NCBI GenBank assembly: GCA_050951805.1
Contig: JBMNJT010000004.1
Location: 64,001-128,000, forward strand
From: Bacillota bacterium
GTDB taxonomy: Bacteria; Bacillota; DTU025
Direction: 5' to 3'
Length of the DNA stretch: 64,000 nt
The translations under genes and the position numbers were made by a program. The notes below the pieces were generated by a model. The model saw nothing but the letters and a program-made list of their open reading frames with translations, searched no databases and was not told the origin of the DNA. This document shows, piece after piece, positions 28,997 through 38,895 of this stretch; the first letter of the stretch is position 1; the number at the start of each line of letters is the position of its first letter.

Positions 28997-30979
28997 ATGA
29001 AGTCGCTCGTTAAGAAATTCACCAAGATCGGCAGCAGGAACCTGGCGGATAAGCTTCAGGACGACGAGCAACTTGTGCGGCAGGTGATGGCCCTTTTCGA
29101 GATCCTTTCAGATATTTATGGGCCTGACAGGCTAGTTCTGAAGGCTGGAAAGCTTGATGCGTTGAGCCTCATGCGTTCTGCGGAACTTGACGACAGGATT
29201 TTGGCTCTGGAACGAATAGTATTTGAGGATCCCACCATTGACCGCAAGCCATCGCCTGAAGAGTACGAATCGGTCTTGGCCGATATTGAGGAAGAGATAG
29301 CGGATGTGATAGCGAGGCGGCGGGTAGAGGACAAGATTGAAAAGCAAATATCCGACCGCATGCAGCAGAGGCATGAGGATTACGTAAATGAGATAAGATT
29401 GCAGATACTGAAGGAAGACGCCGGACCCGATACTGAAGATACCCTCAGGAAGTTGGCTGAACTGGAAGAGCTCGAAAAGAGGCGACTTGCCAAGTCCGCG
29501 CTGGAAATAGTGCGTCCGACTGCCATGTCGGAGATTGTGGGGCAAGATCGCGCGGTCAGAGCCCTTCTTGCCAAGGTGGCTTCGCCATTTCCGCAGCATG
29601 TAATCTTGTATGGCCCTCCAGGAGTAGGGAAGACGACCGCCGCGCGCCTCGCCCTTGAGGAGGCCAAGAAGGTTGCCCTCACGCCGTTTGGCGAGGAATC
29701 GAGGTTCGTGGAAGTGGACGGCACGACCCTCAGATGGGATCCTAGGGAGGTCACGAACCCGCTTCTCGGTTCAGTGCATGACCCGATATACCAGGGCGCA
29801 AAGCGCGACCTGGCTGAAGGGGGAGTTCCAGAGCCCAAGCTCGGTCTCGTTACGGAGGCCCACGGCGGAGTGTTGTTCATCGACGAAATTGGGGAAATGG
29901 ACCCATTGCTCTTGAACAAGTTGCTCAAGGTCATGGAGGACAAGAGGGTCAAGTTCGAGTCTTCATACTACGATCCTTCTGACCCGAATGTGCCGTCATA
30001 TATCAAAAGGCTTTTTGAAGAGGGCGCGCCGGCAGACTTCGTGCTGATCGGGGCCACAACTCGTGATCCCTCAGAGCTCAGCCCGGCTCTGCGTTCACGG
30101 ACTGCGGAGGTCTTCTTTGAGCCACTTACCCAGGTGGACATAGAGAAGATAGTGAGCAATGCCGCTGGGAAGCTAGGGGTGGAGATGGATCCTGAGGTTC
30201 CGTCTCTTGTGAGCGACTATACCATCGAGGGAAGAAAGGCCACGAGCCTTTTGGTGGACGCCTATGGCATTGCCTTGTTCAGAGAGATGGATAATAGGCA
30301 GGACGGGAAGGCGAACGAAGCTGCATCCGGGGACGGTCCTGTCAGGATAACATTGGCCGATCTTGAGGAGACGATCCGTCTCGGACGGCTTTCGCCGTAC
30401 GTCAATGTTCGCGCCTCTGATAGCGCCGAGGTGGGGAAGATCTTTGGACTCGGGGTGGCCGGATTCTTGGGCTCAGTGATAGAGTTCGAGGCCGTTGCGT
30501 TCCCGGCTCGCGAGGAGGGCAAGGGGACCATCAGATTCAACGAGACGGCAGGTAGCATGACGAAGGATTCTGTATTCAATGCAGCTTCTGTATTCAGATT
30601 TCTGACTGATAGGGACCTTGCCGATTTCGATGTCCATGTGAATGTTGTAGGCGGGGGCGATATCGATGGGCCTTCTGCCGGGACAGCGGTCCTTCTTGCA
30701 ATTCTTAGTTCTGTTTATGCATGCCCGATCAGGCAGGATGTTGCGGTTACCGGCGAGCTTTCCATTCAGGGGAAGGTACGGGCGGTGGGGGGAATCTTCG
30801 AGAAGATATACGGGGCGCGACAGGCGGGCATCAAGAAAGTGATCTTGCCGGCCGAGAATGTCAAAGATGTCCCTCCCGGCATTACCGGTATCGAGGTGGT
30901 GTCGGTTTCAGATGTCGTTGACACGTTCAAGCATGTTTTTGAGGGGGACGCAATCTTTGGCGAATTGCGTAGGGAGTGA
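28997..30979 (+). CDS. lonC: Lon-family ATP-dependent protease LonC
   Basis: GPPGVGKT, LFIDEIGE, DGPSAG catalytic motif, VGGIFEK. Confidence 0.92.
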   Translation: MKSLVKKFTKIGSRNLADKLQDDEQLVRQVMALFEILSDIYGPDRLVLKAGKLDALSLMRSAELDDRILALERIVFEDPTIDRKPSPEEYESVLADIEEEIADVIARRRVEDKIEKQISDRMQQRHEDYVNEIRLQILKEDAGPDTEDTLRKLAELEELEKRRLAKSALEIVRPTAMSEIVGQDRAVRALLAKVASPFPQHVILYGPPGVGKTTAARLALEEAKKVALTPFGEESRFVEVDGTTLRWDPREVTNPLLGSVHDPIYQGAKRDLAEGGVPEPKLGLVTEAHGGVLFIDEIGEMDPLLLNKLLKVMEDKRVKFESSYYDPSDPNVPSYIKRLFEEGAPADFVLIGATTRDPSELSPALRSRTAEVFFEPLTQVDIEKIVSNAAGKLGVEMDPEVPSLVSDYTIEGRKATSLLVDAYGIALFREMDNRQDGKANEAASGDGPVRITLADLEETIRLGRLSPYVNVRASDSAEVGKIFGLGVAGFLGSVIEFEAVAFPAREEGKGTIRFNETAGSMTKDSVFNAASVFRFLTDRDLADFDVHVNVVGGGDIDGPSAGTAVLLAILSSVYACPIRQDVAVTGELSIQGKVRAVGGIFEKIYGARQAGIKKVILPAENVKDVPPGITGIEVVSVSDVVDTFKHVFEGDAIFGELRRE

Positions 30980-30985
30980 GTTACT

Positions 30986-32344
30986 TTGGCAACTGCGGAT
31001 GTAGTGGGCGTTGATCGTGTGCCACCGCAGAGCCTCGAGGCGGAGCAATCGACATTAGGTTCAATGTTGCTCGATAAAGAGGCGATTGCTACAGCTGCCG
31101 AAATCCTTGTGGCTGAGGATTTCTACAGAGACGCGCACAGAGTGATATTCAATGCCCTTATCTCCCTGTTCAACAAGGGTGAACCGGCTGACTTAATCAC
31201 TGTTACAGAGGCGTTGCGCCAGCGCAATGCTTTGGAGAACGTGGGCGGGGCTTCGTACATCAGCACGCTTGCAAACACGGTCCCGACGGCTGCAAACTGT
31301 GAATACTATGCCAAGATCGTCAAGAATAAGTCCATTATGCGATCTCTGGTTACAGCAGGATCGCAGATAGCTGCTTTGGGCTACGACCAGACGAACGAGG
31401 TAGCGGAGTCGCTGGACAAGGCTGAGCAGCTCATATTCAGGATCTCGCAACGTGGGGAGACGGGCACGGTCTCTGACATGAAGACGGTGCTGATGAGCAC
31501 TTTTGATCGGATCGAGCGCCTTTACACCACGAAAGGGGCAATCACCGGCCTTTCCACGGGATTTGCCGAGGTGGACAATATGCTGTCGGGGCTGCAGCCG
31601 TCCGAACTGATTGTCATCGCAGCGCGACCGTCTATGGGAAAGACGGCGCTAGCGCTGAACATAGCCGAACATGTTGGGGCCAATGAAGGAAAGCCTGTCC
31701 TCATTTTCAGTCTCGAGATGTCTAGGGAGCAGCTCGCCCAGAGAATGCTCTGCTCCCAGGCGACGGTGGATGGTCAGCGACTCAGACGAGGCAATCTGTC
31801 GGAAGCGGATTGGCAACGTCTGTCGCATGCGATCGGCCGGCTCAGCGAGGCCCCTATATTCATCGATGATAGCCCGACGGTTACAGCAATGGACATACGT
31901 GCCAGGGCGAGACGGTTAAAGGCTGAGCACGGCCTGTCGTTGATCATCGTCGACTATCTACAGCTGGTTCAGGGCCACGCGCGGGCGGAGAACCGGAACC
32001 AGGAGATTGCAGAGATTACCCGATCACTGAAGACGCTCGCACGCGAGCTGGAGGTGCCAGTGGTTTCCCTCGCGCAGCTCAGCAGGGCTGTTGAAGCGAC
32101 TGCCGACAAGCGCCCGCTATTGTCACACCTCAGAGAGAGCGGTGAAATCGAGCAATCGGCAGACGTGGTTGCGTTCATCTACCGTGAAGATTACTACAAG
32201 CCCGACACGGAACGGAGGAATATCGCGGAGATAATCATCGCTAAGCAGCGCAACGGACCGACCGGTGTTGTTGAGCTGGTTTGGCAGAGGGAATACACGC
32301 GGTTTCGGAATCTGGAGAGGTTTGCCCAGGGCGAGTCGGCATAA
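30986..32344 (+). CDS. dnaB: Replicative DNA helicase
   Basis: PPQSLEAEQS, AARPSMGKT, DYLQL, RESGEIEQSAD, KQRNGP. Confidence 0.98.
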   Translation: MATADVVGVDRVPPQSLEAEQSTLGSMLLDKEAIATAAEILVAEDFYRDAHRVIFNALISLFNKGEPADLITVTEALRQRNALENVGGASYISTLANTVPTAANCEYYAKIVKNKSIMRSLVTAGSQIAALGYDQTNEVAESLDKAEQLIFRISQRGETGTVSDMKTVLMSTFDRIERLYTTKGAITGLSTGFAEVDNMLSGLQPSELIVIAARPSMGKTALALNIAEHVGANEGKPVLIFSLEMSREQLAQRMLCSQATVDGQRLRRGNLSEADWQRLSHAIGRLSEAPIFIDDSPTVTAMDIRARARRLKAEHGLSLIIVDYLQLVQGHARAENRNQEIAEITRSLKTLARELEVPVVSLAQLSRAVEATADKRPLLSHLRESGEIEQSADVVAFIYREDYYKPDTERRNIAEIIIAKQRNGPTGVVELVWQREYTRFRNLERFAQGESA

Positions 32345-32351
32345 GCCGTGG

Positions 32352-33569
32352 TCAGATATGCCGACCCGATCTGCCGATTCGGGAGGTCATGAAGTCCCGA
32401 ATCCGTCGCGTGCCCTCGAGGATTTCCCTCTCGCCTGCGGCATAGGATATCCGGATGTACTGGTCGTCCTTGGGGCCATTTGGCGAATGAAAGGCACTCA
32501 TGGACAGGACTGCTACGCCTGCGTCGTCCAGGAGGGCATCCTGGAGCTGATCTGCGTCAGCAAGACCAGCCATACGGCACGCTTCTGTGACATTGGGAAA
32601 GGCATAGAATGCCCCTAGGGGCATGTGACATCTGAAACCTGGTACACGGTTGAGCTCCGTCACGACGAGGTCCCGCCGCTTCAGGAATTTGAGGCGCATC
32701 TTCTCCACTTCATGTTGGGGCCCTGTGAGGGCCTCTATTCCGGCGTATTGGGTGAATGTGGCTGTGCAGGAGTGCGCATTGGCCATGAAGGTGTCGAACA
32801 GGGCTGCAAGCTCCGTGTTGACGACGGCGAAACCCAGACGCCAGCCGGTCATGGCATAGGCTTTTGAGAAACCATCAACGAGGATTGTCCGCTCTGCCAT
32901 GTCTGGCAGGGACGAGATGCTGACGAAGTCGCCATCGTAGACAAGTCGGGAGTATATCTCATCTGACAGGACCCACAGGTCGTGTTCGATGGCGATTTCG
33001 GCAATGCGCGCAAGATCCTCCCGTGGGAGGAGTGTGCCGGTCGGGTTGTGCGGGAAGTTCAGGATTATCATGGAAGTATTCGGGGTTACCAGGCTCGCAA
33101 GGCGATCGAGGTCCAAGCGAAAGCCCTGGTCGGTATCGATGAATGGGACTGGAATAAAGTTTGCTCCGATCATGCTTACTATTGACGGGTAGGCCGGGTA
33201 TGAGGGGACAGGTCCCAAGACGTCGGCGCCACTTTCTACGCAGGACATGATCGCGCAGAATATCGCAAGTTTGGTCCCTGCGGCCACGACTATTTGCTCG
33301 GGAGATACGGATATTCCCCGGGTTCTGGAAATATAGTCGGCGATGGCACTCTGGAAGGCCGGCACTCCGGACGGGGGCGAGTAATGTGTCCTGTTAGCAT
33401 GGATTGAAGAGCAAGCTGCCGTTTTTATGTTTTCAGGCGTGGTGAAATCGGGTTCACCTATGTGAAAACCTATTATGTCGTGACCTGAGGCAACCATTTC
33501 AGAAATCTTTTTCAGTACCGAAAAGGCGCGCTCGGGTTCGAGCCGCTGAGCCCTTTTTGCGTAGTCCAT
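32352..33569 (-). CDS. Class I/II PLP-dependent aminotransferase
   Basis: IGEPDF, PHNPTG, SDEIY, GFSKAYAMTGWRLG. Confidence 0.93.
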   Translation of the reverse strand: MDYAKRAQRLEPERAFSVLKKISEMVASGHDIIGFHIGEPDFTTPENIKTAACSSIHANRTHYSPPSGVPAFQSAIADYISRTRGISVSPEQIVVAAGTKLAIFCAIMSCVESGADVLGPVPSYPAYPSIVSMIGANFIPVPFIDTDQGFRLDLDRLASLVTPNTSMIILNFPHNPTGTLLPREDLARIAEIAIEHDLWVLSDEIYSRLVYDGDFVSISSLPDMAERTILVDGFSKAYAMTGWRLGFAVVNTELAALFDTFMANAHSCTATFTQYAGIEALTGPQHEVEKMRLKFLKRRDLVVTELNRVPGFRCHMPLGAFYAFPNVTEACRMAGLADADQLQDALLDDAGVAVLSMSAFHSPNGPKDDQYIRISYAAGEREILEGTRRIRDFMTSRIGRSGRHI

Positions 33570-33644
33570 TCATTCATCATCTCCAACTACAGAGATTGTG
33601 GCGCGAAGCGCCCTGCACACAATGTGGACTGGAGGGTTATTCGC

Positions 33645-34427
33645 ATGGAGAAGAGTATTCTGGTCACTGCTGCAGTGGCTGCGCTTTTCTCTTTACTCAG
33701 TATTCCCGGGTATGCGCAGGATCTCCCGCGAGGCATCGATATTGCCCGGGTGACTGCTGAGAGGAAACCTCATGTTCTGTTGGTCCATGGCTGGCTGGCT
33801 ACGTCCCTGGACATGAGCGTGCTCAAATACAAGCTGGAACAGGCCGGGTTTGAATGCGAAACCATCAATTTCTCGTATCTTGGGGCGGTGAGCTCCATAG
33901 CCGACTACGCCGTGGAGCTGGCGAGAAAGGTGGAAGTCGATTGTGCGGGCAAGGCTGATGTGGCAATCGTGGCTCATAGCATGGGCGGATTGGTTACCAG
34001 ATACTACTTGGATAACCTGAGGCAGACGGCCCAGGTGAGTCTGGTCATCACCATCGGAACTCCGCACCATGGGACACTGAGTGGCAAGATCGCTCCCACC
34101 GCAAGTAGATGCGCTAGGGAGATGGCTCCGGGAAGTGAGCTTTTGCGGCTCCTCAATGCTCAAGAGGGGGATTGCCCGGGTGTTGAATTCCATGCGATCT
34201 GGACTCCTACGGATGGGGTGGTTATTCCGGCGGAGAATGCTATAATGTGCGGCGCGAAGAACTATCAGGTCACGGGCTTTGGAATGGCTCATATGACGAT
34301 GCTTGCGAGCGATACGGTCTTTGAGATTGTCCATGCCATACTGCGGGGGCAGGATGTGGACGTATCCGGTCCTCAGCTGAGAGATCATACAGAGGCTGAA
34401 AAGCCTGTGGTTTTTCCATGGCAGTAG
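33645..34427 (+). CDS. Secreted lipase/esterase (alpha/beta hydrolase)
   Basis: Signal peptide, LVHGW, AHSMGG nucleophile elbow, GTPHHG. Confidence 0.88.
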   Translation: MEKSILVTAAVAALFSLLSIPGYAQDLPRGIDIARVTAERKPHVLLVHGWLATSLDMSVLKYKLEQAGFECETINFSYLGAVSSIADYAVELARKVEVDCAGKADVAIVAHSMGGLVTRYYLDNLRQTAQVSLVITIGTPHHGTLSGKIAPTASRCAREMAPGSELLRLLNAQEGDCPGVEFHAIWTPTDGVVIPAENAIMCGAKNYQVTGFGMAHMTMLASDTVFEIVHAILRGQDVDVSGPQLRDHTEAEKPVVFPWQ

Positions 34428-34481
34428 CATGAAATTGTGCCAGACCCTGTGGCGGCGTCCAGGCTATTCTCGGTGAGTGCC

Positions 34482-34511
34482 TTGAAAGATCCTCTGTGTA
34501 CGTGATATAAT
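34482..34511 (+). promoter_or_regulatory. sigma-A promoter of tRNA-Lys
   Basis: TTGAAA-18 bp-TATAAT with TGn extension. Confidence 0.65.
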
Positions 34512-34533
34512 GGCGAAGCTAAAGATGTTGAGT

Positions 34534-34609
34534 GGGCCACTAGCTCAGGCGGTAGAGCACCGGACTTTTAATCCGGGTGTCGCGGGTTCGAGTCCCGCGT
34601 GGCTCACCA
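34534..34609 (+). tRNA. tRNA-Lys (UUU)
   Basis: 76 nt; GGGCCAC/GTGGCTC acceptor stem, anticodon loop CTTTTAA, GGTTCGA T loop, encoded CCA. Confidence 0.98.
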
Positions 34610-34640
34610 TTTTTATACCCTTTTAGCTGAGAAGATGATA

Positions 34641-34676
34641 AGTGCCACTGGGTTTGGTTCCCAGTGGCACTCCGTT
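34641..34676 (+). terminator. tRNA terminator hairpin (intron target site)
   Basis: AGTGCCACTGGG-TTTGGTT-CCCAGTGGCACT perfect 12-bp stem, then CCGTT and the intron 5' end. Confidence 0.85.
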
Positions 34677-35318
34677 GTTCGCCCGGCATGGTTGTTGAGC
34701 CGATGGACTGAAAGAAGTCCTGTCACCCAACCAGCGGGAAGACAACCTCAAGGCAAGGGCGTCGCCGAAAGCGGCGGGGTCTGAAGGAAGCTTTAAGGGG
34801 GAACACGGAACGTAGCGAAAGCGAACCGAAGTTGGCCTGTCAGGTGGGTAACCTTGCGAAGTATGGGAAAGCCCGAAAGCTGGATAACCTGGGGGGTTGG
34901 GACGGACGGGTTCATGTTCAGGCAGACAAACTTAACCGGGGAAGCCCTGCATCATCCAGATAGCTGGTAAGCCCAAACAAGCGGAGACGCAAGGATGGGA
35001 ATATGTGGTGTGGGGTGGCAGATGAGTCCGTAGTAGTTATGAACCCTCAGCCCATGAAAGCTGGCAATAGACCGGAGGATAAAACTGAGGGGACAGCGGC
35101 CAGGAGTCGCTGGGCTGCATTGGCCAAAAGCCTATGCAGTTGCGAAGGGACGAAGGCAAACCAAAGCGTGCAACCTAGTTACAGGCAAGCATGGGAGAGA
35201 GATAACAGAGGCTGAAATGCCGATGGGAACGGGGGAGCCGGGGGCGACGAGTCTGCTGGTCCCTGCGCCCGCTCAGCAGAGTATCAAAGCCTGACAGGGT
35301 AGATTGCCTTTGAGCTAG
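34677..35318 (+). mobile_element. Group II intron copy 1, 5' fragment (ribozyme domains I-III, truncated at the ORF start)
   Basis: Starts GTTCGCCCGGCATGG; nearly identical to 37073-37699; no RT or domain V follows. Confidence 0.9.
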
Positions 35319-35488
35319 AGGCGCCTCGCAAGACCCTGGGAAGAGACCGAAGCCATGCAGGTGAGAAGCGAAGAAAGCGCTGTAGGATGAAGGGCCTCAT
35401 CAAATACGAGGTCGGCGTCTTGCGTTTCTTCAATGAAACGAAGCAACGAAGGTTTGCCAGTGGACACACTTGTTGAGCTGGCGATTCA

Positions 35489-35875
35489 TTACTCTAGCGA
35501 AGCTATGTGATTCTTGATAGCGATGCAGAAAGCCTTGGCGTTCTCCAACACTGAGTGGACGTCTGCATCCTCGATAGTGCGGACCGCACCGTAGTCGGCG
35601 AGATTGCGAAGATCAAAGGCCTCAAGGAAGTGCCGGTGAAGGGAGGCATCTAGGATCCCGGTCTTAACAAAGTGCTGCCCGAAAGCTGCAATTACGGCGG
35701 AGTGCTTGGAAAACGAAAGATCTCGGCTGAGCAGAAGTGCTTCTGCCGAGTAGAACATGGCATAGTATGCCCGGCCAACGGCGAATTCGGGAAACCCATG
35801 CGTGAATAGGTGCTCCGCTGCGGCAAGGCTGCGATCCGCCTTCACGAGCAGATCTGTTACATCCGGTGAGCTCAC
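35489..35875 (-). CDS. HEPN domain protein (toxin of MNT-HEPN pair)
   Basis: GRAYYAMFY, SKHSAVIAAFG, RNLADY. Confidence 0.9.
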   Translation of the reverse strand: MSSPDVTDLLVKADRSLAAAEHLFTHGFPEFAVGRAYYAMFYSAEALLLSRDLSFSKHSAVIAAFGQHFVKTGILDASLHRHFLEAFDLRNLADYGAVRTIEDADVHSVLENAKAFCIAIKNHIASLE

Positions 35876-36228
35876 AGCCTCACTCCCTCTTTGCGGACAT
35901 TGAGCAGAAAAGGCGTCTTGCCCGAACGGTACTCGTCGATTCCCATGGGGATCAAGGAGATTACCGTGTCGTATCGGAGGGACAGGTCAGCGATGGCCTC
36001 AGAATAGTGTCGTCTCTCACTAAGACCGCTACAGTCCTGAAGTAGAAGCACTAGATCGATGTCTGAACCCTGGACCGATGTGCCTTGGGCATGAGAACCG
36101 AAAAGCACAAGACCCAGGAAACGGTCGCCGTAGATCCCACGCAGCGTGGCTTCAATTTCGCGCACGATACCTTGGAGGCGAGGTGAGAGAGTGAATGACG
36201 GCCGAATAGCCTCAGTATCAGTGTTCAT
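35872..36228 (-). CDS. Minimal nucleotidyltransferase (MNT antitoxin)
   Basis: LFGSHAQG....SDIDL motif; 4-bp overlap with HEPN gene; AGGAG RBS. Confidence 0.9.
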   Translation of the reverse strand: MNTDTEAIRPSFTLSPRLQGIVREIEATLRGIYGDRFLGLVLFGSHAQGTSVQGSDIDLVLLLQDCSGLSERRHYSEAIADLSLRYDTVISLIPMGIDEYRSGKTPFLLNVRKEGVRL

Positions 36229-36812
36229 CTGGACCGCTCCTACATGTGTTGTCGGCACCATTATACCAGACTCATAGACACAAATGGTTCCACCTATCTG
36301 TCGCACCTGGGTACAGCATCGGGTCACGTCTTGTCATGTGGAGTACTGTGGGAGGTTGGAAGCTGGAGGGATTTCTGAATATGGGCCCAAATCCAATGGT
36401 TTCGTCGTATGTTCCCACTCCTGGGGCGAGCGGCGCGGCTGAGCTGGGGTTTGCTGAATTGTTCAGGATGGTCGTCCCACCGGCCCTGATAGGCTTGGCT
36501 GTCGCCCGCTGGCGGCTGCGTACCTACTATTTCACTCTGCTTGTGGGGGGCACTTTGACCTTGGGTCGGCAGGGGATGAGGGATGAATTCTGGGCGGGGG
36601 TGCAGCAGATGATACTCGTGGAGGTATTATGATTGGGGGACGATTTCGTAGATCCGTAGAGGAAATGGATATGTAATGTAGTATGTATTATATTTAAGGC
36701 AGTGGAGCCACATTTATGTCAAATGCTTACGCAATGCTGCTTTGGTTTTGCTGTTGTGTAGGCACCATATTGCTTGCAATTTGGAAGGAGTGCTGTATAC
36801 GCAAAGTCCTAC

Positions 36813-36980
36813 CGCGGACCTCAAAGGATGCCGATTTCTCCGGGAGGTTCGCGCAAGCCATCTAGCTTGGGTAACAGTGTTTGTTACTCGGACACAAGCC
36901 TAAGAGGACTAGCTTTTCAGAGAGGTTCGCGGAACCAGGCTCAAAAGCCCAGGTAAATCGGCGGATTTTTTGGATACTGT
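36813..36980 (+). promoter_or_regulatory. Type I-C-like CRISPR leader
   Basis: CGCGGACCTC(36813) and GAGGTTCGCG(36844) inverted pair plus a second GAGGTTCGCG(36922), a layout I recognise from type I-C leaders; abuts the first repeat. Confidence 0.7.
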
Positions 36981-37072
36981 GTCGCACCCCATGCGGGTGC
37001 GTGGATTGAAACCCAAACCTGTGGAATACAAGCGTGGAAGGCCCAAGTCGCACCCCATGCGGGTGCGTGGAT
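36981..37072 (+). CRISPR. Orphan type I-C CRISPR mini-array: one full repeat, one 34-bp spacer, one intron-interrupted repeat
   Basis: GTCGCACCCCATGCGGGTGCGTGGATTGAAAC (36981-37012), spacer 37013-37046, first 26 nt of the same repeat at 37047-37072; no cas genes in the window. Confidence 0.9.
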
Positions 37073-38895
37073 GTTCGCCCGGCATGTTTGTTGAGCCGAT
37101 GGACTGAAAGAAGTCCTGTCACCCAACCAGCGGGAAGACAACCTCAAGGCAAGGGCGTCGCTGAAAGCGGCGGGGTCTGAAGGAAGCTTTAAGGGGGAAC
37201 ACGGAACGTAGCGAAAGCGAACCGAAGTTGGCCTGTCAGGTGGGTAACCTTGCGAAGTATGGGAAAGCCCGAAAGCTGGATAACCTGGGGGGTTTGACGG
37301 ACGGGTTCGTGTACAGGCAGACAAACTTAACCGGGGAAGCCCTGCATCATCCAGATAGCTGGTAAGCCCAAACAAGCGGAGACGCAAGGATGGGAATATG
37401 TGGTGTGGGGTGGCAGATGAGTCCGTAGTAGTTATGAACCCTCAGCCTATGAAAGCTGGCAACAGGCCGGAGGATAAAACTGAGGGGACAGCGGGAGTCG
37501 CTGGGCTGCATAGGCCAAAAGCCTATGCAGTTGCGAAGAAACCAAAGCGTGCAACCTAGTTACAGGCAAGCATGGGAGAGAGATAACAGAGGCTGAAATG
37601 CCGATGGGAACGGGGGAGCCGGGGGCGACGAGTCTGCTGGTCCTTGTGCCCGCTCAGCAGAGTATCAAAGTTTCGCGGGGTAGATTGCCTTAGAGCTGCA
37701 TACAGGGCCGTCAGGGCCAACAACGGGGCTTCCGGGATAGACGGTGAGACCGTGGACGCCTTCGGCGAGAACCTGGAAGCCAGGCTGGCAGAGATACCGA
37801 AGCCAGACGGAAGCAAAAGGCCGCTTGGCATACCCACCGTTGGCGACAGAGTAGTGCAGCAAGCGCTGCTCAATGTGGTTCAGCCAATCTTCGACCCCGA
37901 ATTTCATCCATCGAGCTATGGGTACCGACCCGGGCGATCCTGTCATCAAGCAGTGGCAAAGGCAGAGAGGTTCATTAATCGCTACGGTCTCAAGCACGTA
38001 GTGGACATGGACTTGTCAAAATGCTTTGACCGACTCGATCATGACCTGATCATTGAGTTTGTGAACCGCAAGGTCAGCGACGGAAGCGTACTTAAGCTGA
38101 TCCGGAAGTTCCTTGAAGCAGGAGTCATGAAAGACGGGGCCTGGGAGGAAACAACCATAGGCAATCCGCAAGGCGGAGTAATATCGCCTCTTTTTGCCAA
38201 CATCTATCTTGACTACTTTGATCAAAAGATGAAGTCAAAGGACATCAGGATAGTGAGGTACGCTGACGATATACTCATCTTTGCGCGGACAAAGCGACAG
38301 GCGGAAAAGTTCTTGGAGATAGCGTGCGAGATCCTTGAGGGCGAGTTAAAGCTCGTTGTGAACAGGGATAAAACGCACATAACCAGCGTCTATAAGGGAG
38401 TGCCCTACCTTGGGTTTGTCATATACCCCAAGAAGCTGGCGAAGTTCAAGGACGCCGTCCGCAAGCTGACTCCCCGCAATCATGGGATGAGTGTTGAGCA
38501 GATGGTGAAGCGACTCAACCGATTCCTTATTGCGAACTGCAAGACGATAGTAGCCAGCCTGATGGGGTGGATAAGGCGGCGTCTGAGGATGAAGCAGATG
38601 GGGGAGTGGAAGAGCTGGAGGGGCCTGCATAAAGCACTTCGAAGGCGAGGCTACTCAGGCGAATTCCTCAAGATATCCATGAGACGATGGAGGAACTCGG
38701 CAAGTCCTCTGGTCAACATGGCGCTTCCTCAGGCTTGGTTCAGTGAGATAGGACTGATTGGCCTCACGAAGTATGAGGTCGTTTCCTATGAAGCGAAGTG
38801 ACTAAGGTTTGCCAGGAGCCGTGCACGGGGCCCGTACGCACGGTTCTGTGAGAGGGATGACGCCAGGCTGATCACCTGGCGCCACCCTACTCGAT
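37073..38895 (+). mobile_element. Group II intron copy 2 (IIC-like), both ends present
   Basis: 5' GTTCGCCCGGCATG; domain V GAGCCGTGCACGGGGCCCGTACGCACGGTTC (38816-38846); 3' end ACCCTACTCGAT. Confidence 0.93.
37644..38801 (+). pseudogene. ltrA: Intron-encoded reverse transcriptase/maturase, no endonuclease domain, degenerate
   Basis: GIDG, IPKPDGSKRPLGIP, SYGYRPGRS, PQGGVISP, YADD present; damaged N-terminus and several conserved segments missing. Confidence 0.85.

Noticed and set aside
36380-36812. cas2 or other cas remnant upstream of the leader
   Set aside because: No Cas motif recognisable; the short hydrophobic ORF ending at 36632 has no assignable family.
37073-38895. RT as CRISPR-associated RT-Cas1, retron or DGR
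   Set aside because: It has group II intron boundaries, domain V/VI and a maturase domain; no Cas1 fusion, msr-msd or TR/VR pair.
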